A DNA stretch of 43,745 nucleotides from Comamonadaceae bacterium (lineage in GTDB: Bacteria; Pseudomonadota; Gammaproteobacteria; Burkholderiales; Burkholderiaceae_C). Location: positions 1 through 43,745 of the forward strand of contig CANJXV010000001.1 of the NCBI GenBank assembly GCA_947478935.1, read 5' to 3'. Positions 18,064-29,227 of the stretch are shown here, in pieces; position 1 is the first letter of the stretch, and each line of letters opens with the position of its first letter. Under the pieces are notes generated by a model. That model saw nothing but the letters and a program-made list of their open reading frames with translations, was not told where the DNA came from and made no database searches. The translations under genes and the position numbers were made by a program.

Positions 18064-18867
18064 TTATTGCTGTTCGTAGATGGCGGATTCTACTTTTGCG
18101 TAGCTGTGCATAGTTTCATTGCCGCCACCTATGCGCATGCCGCGCACCGGGCTGGCGTCTTCGTAGTCCAGGCCGTGCGCCAGTCTAATGTGGCCTCGGT
18201 CGGCGTCACTCGAATTGCTGACGTCATAGCCAATCCAGCGCCCGCCCACCCAGGCCTCGGCCCAGGCGTGGCTAGCAACTTGCTGGTTTTGCGCTGAATG
18301 CAAATACCCGCTGACGTAGCGCGCCGGTACGCCGAGAAAGCGCGCACAGGCCAGAAACACGTGCGTATGGTCCTGACATACGCCCTTGCCCTTTGCGAAT
18401 GACTGCGCCGCAGAATCGCCCACATGCGTGATGCCGGTCCTGTAAGGCATGCGTTCCAGCAAAGCCAGCATGACATCATGCAAGGCCATATAGGGGCGTG
18501 ATTTGACCGTGGCTCGGAAGGGTTCGATAAAGCTTTGTACCGCCGCGTCCACACGGGTCAGCGTGGTGGCGCGCAAATACACGGCGTGCGGCACCGGGCC
18601 CTCGGGCTCGCCCTGGTCAGACTCGATCAAATCCACACTACCGCGAGCGCGCAGCACAATGTCCTGGCTGGCGTTTTCCAGCACCAGACAATGACAGAGG
18701 TTGCCGTAGGCATCAGTCCACGCGGTGGCTTTACCGGGCAAGTCCAAATGCCAGTGCAACACGTTTTGCCTCTGGGTCTTGGCCGGGGTCATGCGCAGCA
18801 TTTGTATGCTGCGGCGCACCGGCTGTTCGTAGCGGTAACTGGTTTCGTGAAATACCTGTAGCTTCAT
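18064..18867 (-). CDS. Transglutaminase-like protein
   Basis: N-terminal H.T.Y.Y; Cys-His-Asp triad in GVCQDH, SHAWAE, GYDVSN; ARYVSGY. Confidence 0.92.
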   Translation of the reverse strand: MKLQVFHETSYRYEQPVRRSIQMLRMTPAKTQRQNVLHWHLDLPGKATAWTDAYGNLCHCLVLENASQDIVLRARGSVDLIESDQGEPEGPVPHAVYLRATTLTRVDAAVQSFIEPFRATVKSRPYMALHDVMLALLERMPYRTGITHVGDSAAQSFAKGKGVCQDHTHVFLACARFLGVPARYVSGYLHSAQNQQVASHAWAEAWVGGRWIGYDVSNSSDADRGHIRLAHGLDYEDASPVRGMRIGGGNETMHSYAKVESAIYEQQ

Positions 18868-19814
18868 GCGATGGACTCCAGGTAATCGGTTTGTACCGCT
18901 TCGGCCATCGCAATGTTTTCTTTGACAAAGCCCTCCAGGTAATTCTCTAGTCCACTTTCATAGACTTCGCTCAGACTTCCAAAACGCAGACTAGTCAACA
19001 AGTTAGCGCAGCGTTTGCGCGCTTCACGACCCGTTTGTTGCGGCAATTGCTTCAAGATATAGGCAGTTTCATCCAGACAAAAATGGAGGGAACGCGGCAC
19101 GCGCGGGTTGAAGATAAGCAACTCGGACACGCGGTCCGCGTCTATGGCGTCGCGGTAGGTGTCGCGGTATGCTTCCAAGGCACTGACCGAGCGCAGCACC
19201 GCACCCAGGCGGTAGTAGTCGTCCACCAAATCATTGCTTTCGGCTTGTTCCACTTGCGTTTTCACACTCAATATGCGGGCGGTGTTATCGGCGCGTTCTA
19301 GGTAAGTACCCAGCCGTATGAAGTGGTAGGGCTGGTCGCGTTGAATGGTGGCAAAGGTCACACCCCGGAACAAATGCGAGCGTTGCTTGATCCATTCAAA
19401 CAGCGAAGAGTCCACCGGGTGATCCGGGCCCTTGATTTTCTTTTTGCGTGCCAGCAACTCCAGCCAGGTGTCGTTGATGCACTCCCACATTTCCACCGTC
19501 ATGGCGCCACGCACCGAGCGCGCGTTTTCTCGGCACGACTGTATGCAGTTGAAGATGGACGAAGGATGATCCGGGTCCCAGGCCAGAAACTGCGCGACTT
19601 GGTCTGAGCGCATGGGTCTGCCGGTGGCTTTGAATGCTTCCAGCGTGTCGGTGATGGCCAGTGGTTCGCTGACCGTGTCCGACGCGGCGCGGTTGCTGTC
19701 CGACGTGGACAGTAAGGCGAATGATTGACCCACCTCCAAAATACGCGCCATGTTTTCTGCGCGCTCCAAATAGCGCGATAGCCAATACAGTTGAGCAGCT
19801 ACTCGTGACAGCAT
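18864..19814 (-). CDS. Alpha-E domain protein (DUF403)
   Basis: MLSRVA..LYWLSRYLERAEN and second repeat GTYLERADNTAR; PRSL. Start overlaps the upstream stop (TGATG). Confidence 0.92.
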   Translation of the reverse strand: MLSRVAAQLYWLSRYLERAENMARILEVGQSFALLSTSDSNRAASDTVSEPLAITDTLEAFKATGRPMRSDQVAQFLAWDPDHPSSIFNCIQSCRENARSVRGAMTVEMWECINDTWLELLARKKKIKGPDHPVDSSLFEWIKQRSHLFRGVTFATIQRDQPYHFIRLGTYLERADNTARILSVKTQVEQAESNDLVDDYYRLGAVLRSVSALEAYRDTYRDAIDADRVSELLIFNPRVPRSLHFCLDETAYILKQLPQQTGREARKRCANLLTSLRFGSLSEVYESGLENYLEGFVKENIAMAEAVQTDYLESIA

Positions 19815-21235
19815 CAGAGCGCCTCCTCGTCTTCCAGCACCCAGGTGTCTTTGGTGCCGCCGCCCTGCGACGAATTGACCACCAGCGAGCCTTCGCGCAA
19901 GGCCACGCGCGTGAGGCCGCCGGGGACGATGCGCGTGTCCTTGCCCATAAGCACAAAAGGGCGCAAATCGATATGACGCGGCGCAATGCCTTGATCTACG
20001 AATATTGGACACGCCGACAAGCTGAGCGTAGGCTGAGCGATGTAGTTATCCGGCTGCGCTTTCAAGCGTTTGGCAAAACTCTCTATTTCTGATTTGCTGG
20101 CGGTGGGGCCGACCAACATGCCGTAGCCGCCGGCGCCATGCACTTCTTTGACCACCAGTTGCGGCAAATGCGCGAGTACATACGACAACTCATCGGGCTT
20201 GCGGCATTGCCAGGTTTGGACGTTATTCAGTAGCGGTGTTTCGTCCAGGTAAAAGCGAATCATGTCGGGCACATACGGGTAAATAGATTTGTCGTCCGCC
20301 ACGCCTGTGCCCAGCGCGTTGGCAATCACTACATTGCCTTGGCGGTATACCGAAGCCAGACCCGGCACACCAATCAATGAGTCCGGCGCAAAACTCAAGG
20401 GGTCCATGTACAAATCATCCACCCTGCGGTAAATTACATCGACTTGCTGCGGGCCTTCGGTGGTTTGCATATACACATGGCCGCCGCGCACAAAGAGGTC
20501 TGAGCCTTCGACCAACTCAATGCCCATTTGCTTAGCCAAAAACGCATGTTCAAAATACGCGCTGTTGAAACGCCCTGGCGTGTGCAGCACGACGGTAGGC
20601 TGCTCTACCCAACTGGCCGAGCGCAAAGTTTGCAAGAGCAGCGCCGGGTAATGCTCGACCGGACGCACCGCGTAGCGGCGGAACAAATCGGGGAACAAGC
20701 GCATCATCAACAAGCGGTTGCTGAGCATATAAGACACGCCCGAAGGCACGCGCAAGTTGTCCTCCAACACATAGAAATCGCCATCCGAATGCCGCACGAT
20801 GTCCACGCCGGCGATATGCGCGTAAGTCTGGTGCGGTAAATCCAGGCCGAGCATGATGGGCATGAACTGCGCATTAGCAAGGATTTGTTCGGCGGGTATC
20901 AGCCCGGCTTTCAAAATGCGTTGCTCGTGGTAGACGTCGTGCAAAAACATATTGATGGCTTTGACACGTTGCACCAGGCCTCTTTCCAGGTGCGCCCATT
21001 CTTTGCCGTGGATGATGCGCGGTATCAAGTCCGAGGGGATGAGCCGCTCGGTGCCACCTTCGTCGCCATTGAGTGAAAACGTGATGCCGGTGCGCCGGAA
21101 GATCAGGTCTGCCTCGGTCTGCTTGACCTGCACAGTATCTGCCGACACGCCTTTGAGCCAGTTGTCAAAGGCTTGGTAATGCGGGCGGGCGACGCCCTGC
21201 GCGTCGCTCATCTCATTAAATATCGGGCTGCTCAT
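19814..21235 (-). CDS. Circularly permuted type 2 ATP-grasp protein (DUF404/407)
   Basis: VLEDNLRVPSGVSY, NSAYFEH, IYRRVDD, GTGVADDK, GAGGYG, VVNSSQGGGTKDTWV; SD GGAG 5 nt upstream. Confidence 0.93.
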   Translation of the reverse strand: MSSPIFNEMSDAQGVARPHYQAFDNWLKGVSADTVQVKQTEADLIFRRTGITFSLNGDEGGTERLIPSDLIPRIIHGKEWAHLERGLVQRVKAINMFLHDVYHEQRILKAGLIPAEQILANAQFMPIMLGLDLPHQTYAHIAGVDIVRHSDGDFYVLEDNLRVPSGVSYMLSNRLLMMRLFPDLFRRYAVRPVEHYPALLLQTLRSASWVEQPTVVLHTPGRFNSAYFEHAFLAKQMGIELVEGSDLFVRGGHVYMQTTEGPQQVDVIYRRVDDLYMDPLSFAPDSLIGVPGLASVYRQGNVVIANALGTGVADDKSIYPYVPDMIRFYLDETPLLNNVQTWQCRKPDELSYVLAHLPQLVVKEVHGAGGYGMLVGPTASKSEIESFAKRLKAQPDNYIAQPTLSLSACPIFVDQGIAPRHIDLRPFVLMGKDTRIVPGGLTRVALREGSLVVNSSQGGGTKDTWVLEDEEAL

Positions 21236-21274
21236 CGGGACTCCACGTTTTCCAACTAGGGGGCACTATGGCTA

Positions 21275-21290
21275 AGCATGCATCGTGCCG
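21275..21290 (-). promoter_or_regulatory. Sigma-54 (-24/-12) promoter of the Anbu operon
   Basis: Minus strand CGGCACGATGCATGCT versus consensus YGGCACG-N4-TTGCW: one mismatch, exact GG-N10-GC spacing, about 40 nt upstream of the ATP-grasp start. Confidence 0.72.
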
Positions 21291-21319
21291 CTTGTGCGAT
21301 ACCTAGGCGCCCGTATGTA

Positions 21320-21376
21320 TGCCCCATGGTTCATGCGAGTGCACCAAAACGGGTTGGCATGCACCGCATCAGTGCT
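21320..21376. promoter_or_regulatory. Putative NtrC-type enhancer sites
   Basis: TGCAC-CGCATCA-GTGCT (21360-21376) matches TGCAC-N7-GTGCA with one mismatch. Half-sites TGCACCA at 21340 and TGCCCCA at 21320 give 20-bp periodicity. Confidence 0.55.
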
Positions 21377-21426
21377 AACCCGAATAATTCGGTCCAGCGC
21401 CGCGCAGCGTCGGCCAAGGGAAAAGC

Positions 21427-22767
21427 TCAGCCGTCAGTCGGGCCCGGCGCCTGCGACCGTCTGCGCAAAAACGCGTGGCCGGCATCTATCATGGGCTGCT
21501 CAATCAGGATGTGCAGCACGACGCCCAGCACCAAGGACAGGCTAGCCGCTATGCCAAACATGCATAGCAGCTGGGACACTGAGATCATGCCGATAGTAGA
21601 AGCATCTGTGGTCTGGAACGTAAGTATGGCCGCTATCAGAACCATGGGGAAATGGAATAAATACACGGGAAACACCACGTGCGAAAAAGGCCGCCACAAG
21701 CCCCAAGCCAAAAACGCGCGCAACGCTGCCGCCAGCCGCGCGGAACCCGCGCCCGCGCCACCGGCCTGCACCAGCAAGACCAGCAACAACACGCCCAGGC
21801 AAAACAGATTGCGGTGCAGGATCTGACCCGCCAAATTCAGCCAGGGCGAAAAATGCTGGTAATACCAGCTGTCCTGCTGATAGACCGGGAAATACGCCCA
21901 CACCATCGCCAGCAGCGCGCCACCCAGCGCCCAGGTAATGCCGCGCGCAGGCGGCACGGGCAGCGCAGCATCTCGGTGGCGCATCCAGGCCCATATTAGG
22001 CCCAGTAGCAAAGGGCCGATGCGGGTATGCGTCTGAAAATACATTACATCCAGAAACAACGCAGGTGCCACGCGCTGCGGATGGAACAGATAAAACGGTG
22101 TTTCATACGTCACCGGATAGAGCAGCGCCGTGCCCATAACCGGGACGAAAGACAGCACGAACAGGCCTTGCAAAGCCCGTAAACCGCCCTGCCCCGGCAT
22201 GCGCATAAGCCAAGCCATCAGCACTGGCAGTATCAGGTAAAACTGCATTTCAATCGACAAGGACCAACCCACGGGAATAATGTTTTTCATCTGAAAGTTG
22301 TCGATGAAAAGCAAGTTGTAGATGAGATTGCGCGCAGCCAGTTCGGGGTTACCCAGAGCATATACCGCCAGCCCCATCAAAAACAAAGGGTAAATACGAA
22401 ACAGGCGACGGATATAAAAATCGCGCGCCGCAATCCTGCCATTGCGGTCCGTCTCACGCATCAGCGCGCTACCTAGCAGGTAGGCGCTGACCATAAAAAA
22501 CACATCTACCGCTTTATCGGTATTGGCCAAAAAACCCAGCCAAGGCGGCAATTGCGCTGCGAAAGCGCTTACGCGGTCAAAGTCCTTAAGCAGGAACAGC
22601 GCGCCGTAAAAGCAATGGAACAACACAATGGACAAACTGGCCATGCCACGCAGCCCGTCCACTACCGGATCGTCCTGCGGGCCGCGATGCAACACCCGAT
22701 GCAGGCCTGCGCGCCACTGGATGCGCTGGCGGTAGTCAGACCATACGCTAGTCATGGCTGTGTCCAT
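21427..22767 (-). CDS. Acyltransferase family 3 (OafA-like) membrane protein
   Basis: DGLRG...VLFH, VDVFFMVS, FYIRRLFRIYP, WSLSIEMQFY, YLFHFP, IEQP. Start uncertain (22755, 22767 or 22770). Confidence 0.88.
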   Translation of the reverse strand: MDTAMTSVWSDYRQRIQWRAGLHRVLHRGPQDDPVVDGLRGMASLSIVLFHCFYGALFLLKDFDRVSAFAAQLPPWLGFLANTDKAVDVFFMVSAYLLGSALMRETDRNGRIAARDFYIRRLFRIYPLFLMGLAVYALGNPELAARNLIYNLLFIDNFQMKNIIPVGWSLSIEMQFYLILPVLMAWLMRMPGQGGLRALQGLFVLSFVPVMGTALLYPVTYETPFYLFHPQRVAPALFLDVMYFQTHTRIGPLLLGLIWAWMRHRDAALPVPPARGITWALGGALLAMVWAYFPVYQQDSWYYQHFSPWLNLAGQILHRNLFCLGVLLLVLLVQAGGAGAGSARLAAALRAFLAWGLWRPFSHVVFPVYLFHFPMVLIAAILTFQTTDASTIGMISVSQLLCMFGIAASLSLVLGVVLHILIEQPMIDAGHAFLRRRSQAPGPTDG

Positions 22768-23180
22768 CAAGGTGATTAATTCCAGCTTGTCTTAGACGCA
22801 CCACAGGCCCACTGCGCTTTGAACATAAAGACCTAAGCACAAGACAACATGCCCGCTGCAGACTAAACAAGACGTAGTAAAGCAAGTTATGCAGCGCAGG
22901 CATTGCAAGGCGGGAGGCCAACATCAGGGAAATAAGTGAATTTGATGGAGAAAGCTGAGGCATCTTCAATTGAGGATCGACCGCAAGGCGCCACACCGTG
23001 CGCGTCGCTGCTGCCAAGCCAGTGTAAACCCAAGGCTTAGCGCAGCACGACGCCATGCGCGCAGCCGGAACCGTGCCGGGCTGCGGTATTTTGAGCTAAA
23101 TCAATTTTTCCAAAAATCAACACCCGCCATAGTGCGCTTACAGGCTTGCTATACATTCAGGCCACTGGAGACAAGCATTG

Positions 23181-24380
23181 ATGCCCGAAAGCCCTACACC
23201 GTCAGAACCCCCAAAAGCCTGGCTCATGGTCTGGGCGAGTTTTGTTTGCCTGACGGTGATTTTCGGCGTTTCCTATTCCTTCGCCGCCTTCTTTGAAAAC
23301 TTTGCCAAAGAGTTTTCTGCGCAAAGGGCCGATGTTTCTATGGTCTTTGGCTTATGTGGTTTGGTTTACTTTGTGTTGGGCGCGCTGGGTGGCATATTGG
23401 CGGACCGTTGGGGGCCCCGCATCGTCTGTGTCACAGGCATGGTCCTGGTCGCGCTGGGTTTGTATTTCACCAGCCTGGCGCAAACCCTGGGCAGTATTTA
23501 CCTCAGCTTTGGACTGCTGGTGGGGCTAGGTATTGCATTTGTGTATACGCCCGCCATTGCCGCCGTGCAGCCCTGGTTTACCCAGCGCCGGGTGCTGGCC
23601 TCGGGCATCGCCGGTTCCGGGGTGGGCGCGGGCACGCTCATCGTGCCGGTCGCCGTCAGCTATCTCTTGGGCCACATTTCTTGGCGCGAAACCCTGCAAG
23701 CCATGGCGCTGGGGGTGCTGCTTTTGGGCTGCGGTGCCGCTTATCTTTTGGAACGGGCACCGTCCATGGGCACAGGCGCTAGCGGTCAGGCCAGCGGTCT
23801 AACGCTTGTCCAAGCGCTCAAGACGCCGGTGTTTCGCTGGCTTTACCTCTGTGCCCTGATTAGTGCACCGGTCATGTTCATTCCCTTTGCCCATATATCC
23901 GCAGCGGCCAGGGACGCGGGCCTGCCAGACGCGCAGGCGGTAGGGCTGGTGGGTTTGATCGGCATCGGCAGCGTAACGGGCCGCTTTGGCATCGCCTGGG
24001 TGGCAAACCGATGGGGGCGCATTCAAACCCTGTTGCTGAGGCAATGCCTGATGGGCCTGACCTACTTCTTATGGGCGGGCGCGCAAGAGCCTTGGCTGTT
24101 TTCCATTTTTGCCCTGTGCTTTGGTTTGAGCTACGGCAGCATCGTGTCGCTGCTGCCAGCTATTTGCATGGAATTATTTGGCGGCAAATCCGTATCGGCC
24201 ATCATCGGCACGCTTTACACCGGCGCTGCCTTAGGTAATTTGCTGGGGCCGGTGCTGGCCGGCAAGGTTTTTGATCTGACCCAGAGCTACATCTTGGTGA
24301 TCTACCTCGCCTTGGGACTTTCGGTCATAGCAGTCGTTAGTTGCTGGCGGACCTTGAAATATGCCGATCAACAATACTAG
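23181..24380 (+). CDS. MFS transporter (monocarboxylate/OFA-like)
   Basis: About 12 hydrophobic segments, motif A GILADRWGPR, WF..RR.LASG; GGAG upstream. Confidence 0.88.
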   Translation: MPESPTPSEPPKAWLMVWASFVCLTVIFGVSYSFAAFFENFAKEFSAQRADVSMVFGLCGLVYFVLGALGGILADRWGPRIVCVTGMVLVALGLYFTSLAQTLGSIYLSFGLLVGLGIAFVYTPAIAAVQPWFTQRRVLASGIAGSGVGAGTLIVPVAVSYLLGHISWRETLQAMALGVLLLGCGAAYLLERAPSMGTGASGQASGLTLVQALKTPVFRWLYLCALISAPVMFIPFAHISAAARDAGLPDAQAVGLVGLIGIGSVTGRFGIAWVANRWGRIQTLLLRQCLMGLTYFLWAGAQEPWLFSIFALCFGLSYGSIVSLLPAICMELFGGKSVSAIIGTLYTGAALGNLLGPVLAGKVFDLTQSYILVIYLALGLSVIAVVSCWRTLKYADQQY

Positions 24381-24401
24381 CAAGATGTGGGCGTCAACCT
24401 G

Positions 24402-24905
24402 ATGGCAAACAGTCCATTTTTTAATCTGGTAGTTGGCCTGCTGCTGGCCGCGTTAGTTGGCTGCTCCACGACGAGCCGGCAAGCTGAGCAATCCAATCAG
24501 CCCCCCGCCAACTCCCAAGTGCCCCTGTCTACCCACAGACAAGATGTCGTGATGCAGGCGATGGCTATGCTGGACCGCAACTATGTCTATAACGGTAAAA
24601 AATTGCACACTGGCTTTGACTGCTCAGGCCTGGTGAGCTTTGTGTACAAAGAGTCCGCTGGGGTGGACATACGTGGCAGCGCCGCTGACATCGCCGGCAA
24701 AGCCCGCCCCATACCGGCCCTTGCAGCGCAGCCAGGCGACTTGGTGTTCTTTAATACATTAGGTTCGCCCAACTCGCATGTAGGTATTTACATAGGTTCG
24801 GGAAAATTCATCCACGCCGCCAATGAGCGCACCGGGGTGCGAATTGACCAAATCACTGCGGATTATTGGGCCAAGCGGCTCGAAGGCTATCGCAGCGTTT
24901 TGTAA
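24402..24905 (+). CDS. NlpC/P60 (C40) peptidase lipoprotein
   Basis: Lipobox LVGC; GFDCSGLV, PGDLVFF, SHVGIYIG, FIHA. Confidence 0.92.
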   Translation: MANSPFFNLVVGLLLAALVGCSTTSRQAEQSNQPPANSQVPLSTHRQDVVMQAMAMLDRNYVYNGKKLHTGFDCSGLVSFVYKESAGVDIRGSAADIAGKARPIPALAAQPGDLVFFNTLGSPNSHVGIYIGSGKFIHAANERTGVRIDQITADYWAKRLEGYRSVL

Positions 24906-25017
24906 AGGTCTAAAGAGGTGTCATAGACAATCAACGCACAGTCCCCTGCAAAGAGAAAACGAAAAGCATACAACAAACTAAAACAATATCTGGACAGTTG
25001 CCGCACCTTAAAAACGG

Positions 25018-26001
25018 TCATGCCCTTTCATGCTTTGCAGCAGGGGAAACCGCTTCGAAATAGGCCTGGCAAACATGTTGCGTCAGCAAGCGCTCTGACG
25101 CCGTATCCAGAAATTGGCGTGTGTAGGCTTGCGCTTCGCCGATGATAGCCAAGGCCGCTTCAGGATGGCTTTCGTAGTAATCGAATACTTGCTGCAAATT
25201 GCTAAAGTCTTCCGCAATTTCAGCATAGTGCACCCCGGCTTGCAGTTGGCTTTCTAAAAACCAGGTTTCAAATTTAGGCTTAGCCATCAGGCACAGCGAA
25301 TTGGAATGCATGATCCACTTTAAATTCGTGGCCACGTCATTGCCTTCAATGGAAATAATGTACTTGAAGCGAAGTTGCTGATAAACGCTGAGCCAAGGCC
25401 TAAATTGCGCATGGTCTGAGGGCAGTCCAGGGTCACCGGCATCGCAGTTTTTAATTGCGCTACTCTGCTGCAAAAACAGCTGGCGGTGCGGCTGAAAACT
25501 GGCGCCGCGCCATACCATTGCTGCAATTTTGCTATCAAATGAAAACGGGTCGTGTGGAAAAAACATATGCCGCCGCACATCCATGGGCAACAATACGGCG
25601 GTGTGGTTGTCTTTGCTTATGGGCCGACTTTTAACGAATGCCGGTGCAGCGGGTATCCAGTTGACGTCGCCAAATTCTTTATAAAAACGTTGATTCAAAA
25701 ACCGAGGGTATAAACAGCGCAGCAAATCACCCACGTAATGGCTGCCTTCGCGCAATCCCATGTCGCGTGCTATTTTGGTTGGCACCGTCAACTCGATCGG
25801 GCCTTGCAATTTGCAATATGCTTTTAAACGCGCGCTCTGAGCAGTATTCAAAGCAGGCAGAGGGGCAAATGAACCCGCATGCGTGGATGTATATCTGACA
25901 CGCAACCAGCGAAACAGATTGCGTAATTGCCACCCAAAAGGCCAGCGCTCGGCCCCATAACGCAACTTTAACCACAGTAGGTAAAAAAAATGTGATTGCA
26001 C
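25018..26001 (-). CDS. Glycosyltransferase family 90 / LpsA-like protein
   Basis: KSRPI, VWRGA, KYIISIEGNDVATNLKW..SNSL, FETWF.E..L..GVHY; GTG start. Confidence 0.8.
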   Translation of the reverse strand: MQSHFFYLLWLKLRYGAERWPFGWQLRNLFRWLRVRYTSTHAGSFAPLPALNTAQSARLKAYCKLQGPIELTVPTKIARDMGLREGSHYVGDLLRCLYPRFLNQRFYKEFGDVNWIPAAPAFVKSRPISKDNHTAVLLPMDVRRHMFFPHDPFSFDSKIAAMVWRGASFQPHRQLFLQQSSAIKNCDAGDPGLPSDHAQFRPWLSVYQQLRFKYIISIEGNDVATNLKWIMHSNSLCLMAKPKFETWFLESQLQAGVHYAEIAEDFSNLQQVFDYYESHPEAALAIIGEAQAYTRQFLDTASERLLTQHVCQAYFEAVSPAAKHERA

Positions 26002-26188
26002 TACGAATGTGTTTGGTTATTGGTGGCGTATATGCATGGTCATAAGGAGTTCTAGGGCTATGGTGAGCAATTTCATTGTGACTCGAACCCCATCAGCGCC
26101 CGACACATTATGACCTCGGCGTGTGCCCGAGTCCGACCACGGCTAGCCGCTGCTAGTGGGCTACGCAGGCTTTGCATACCGCTGCTGT

Positions 26189-27124
26189 TTATTGCCCAAA
26201 TACATTTTCTCCATCTACTAAGCGTTGGTAGAGCTGGAAATACGCGTTGGCGCAATGGTCCACCGTAAACCGTGACATCACCCAATCGCGGCAATCTTCT
26301 GGCCTGCATGCCAAGGTACGGTCCAAAGCCGCTGGGAAATCTTCGTCTTTATCAAACAATGCACCGACCTCGGGCGGAATCAATTCGGTCACTGATCCTC
26401 GCGGCGTTGCCACCACAGGTGTTCCAGAAATCAAGGACTCCATCAACACCAAACCAAAAGGCTCCTCCCAGTCAATCGGAAACAGCAAGGCCTTCGCTTG
26501 TGAAAACCATCGGGCTTTTTCCGCTCCCCCGGCTTCACCGACAACCCTTACGTCAGAACGCCAACTGTCCCACCAACCCCCTGTCTTCAGCAGATCGCTT
26601 CGGTAGCCGCCCACCATCACCAAGGGGCTTTGGACATTCGCTGCCAGCGTCAACGCACGCCTGGCGCCTTTGACGCGTCGCCTGATTTTGGAGAAAAACA
26701 ATAAATAGTCTTGCTTTTTGGCTTGATAGACAAATTCCTGCGGATCGATGCCGTTGTACACCACAACAGAGCGCTGGTGTCTGCGGGCATGGTCTTGACT
26801 GATGCACACCGTGTTTGTCGGCAGCTTTTCAGGTTCCGTGGTATTTCCATGCAAGGTGCAAAGCCAAGGTATTTCCAGCGCCTGGGTGGGCTCCCAACCA
26901 TGGAAATGCACTACATCCGCACTCTGGGGAATGGCAAGCAAGGCTTGCTTTGCATTGACTACCGGGGTGCACGTCACGCCGTCCAGCTTAGAGCCAGGCA
27001 ATGCAATCAAGGTGACTTTATGTCCTTGCTTTACAAAAAACTGTGCCAGCCACTGAACAATTCGCTCTGTTCCTCCGTATTGGAGCGCAGGTATTTTGGA
27101 CTCACTAACTAAAACAATATGCAT
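26189..27124 (-). CDS. Glycosyltransferase family 4 (GT-B)
   Basis: P..YGGTER, GHKVTL, VYNGID, LFPIDWEEPFGLVLMES..SGTPV. ATG at 27124. Confidence 0.9.
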   Translation of the reverse strand: MHIVLVSESKIPALQYGGTERIVQWLAQFFVKQGHKVTLIALPGSKLDGVTCTPVVNAKQALLAIPQSADVVHFHGWEPTQALEIPWLCTLHGNTTEPEKLPTNTVCISQDHARRHQRSVVVYNGIDPQEFVYQAKKQDYLLFFSKIRRRVKGARRALTLAANVQSPLVMVGGYRSDLLKTGGWWDSWRSDVRVVGEAGGAEKARWFSQAKALLFPIDWEEPFGLVLMESLISGTPVVATPRGSVTELIPPEVGALFDKDEDFPAALDRTLACRPEDCRDWVMSRFTVDHCANAYFQLYQRLVDGENVFGQ

Positions 27125-27287
27125 TATTGAATTTGGTTGACACCGACCACACAATCAAATATTTTCATAAACATCGGCGACTTAATATCCAATGAGTGAT
27201 TGTTCACTACTAGGAAATACTAGTTTTTGCGCCTAGCCTTGGACAAGGAATCACGCAAATATTTCCGACCGGGCACGCTGAGCGACA

Positions 27288-29168
<1,881 letters not shown>

Positions 29169-29227
29169 GTCGTTCTCAATCGGTTGGGGACAGCGCTGTA
29201 TGAGGCAGCACTTGGCCCCGCAAAGGT

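Noticed and set aside
19815-20012. N-terminal extension of the alpha-E ORF
   Set aside because: It lies inside the ATP-grasp gene; the family-typical start MLSRVA is at 19814.
25983-25990. A8 tract at the 5' end of the GT90 gene as a phase-variation site
   Set aside because: Only 8 nt and in frame; 7-nt T tracts occur in ordinary genes in this window.
26061-26091. tRNA-like 3' end on the minus strand (GGTTCGAGT...CCA)
   Set aside because: The T-stem does not pair (TGGGG/CACAA), the loop-to-CCA-end distance is 20 nt rather than 16, and no cloverleaf forms.
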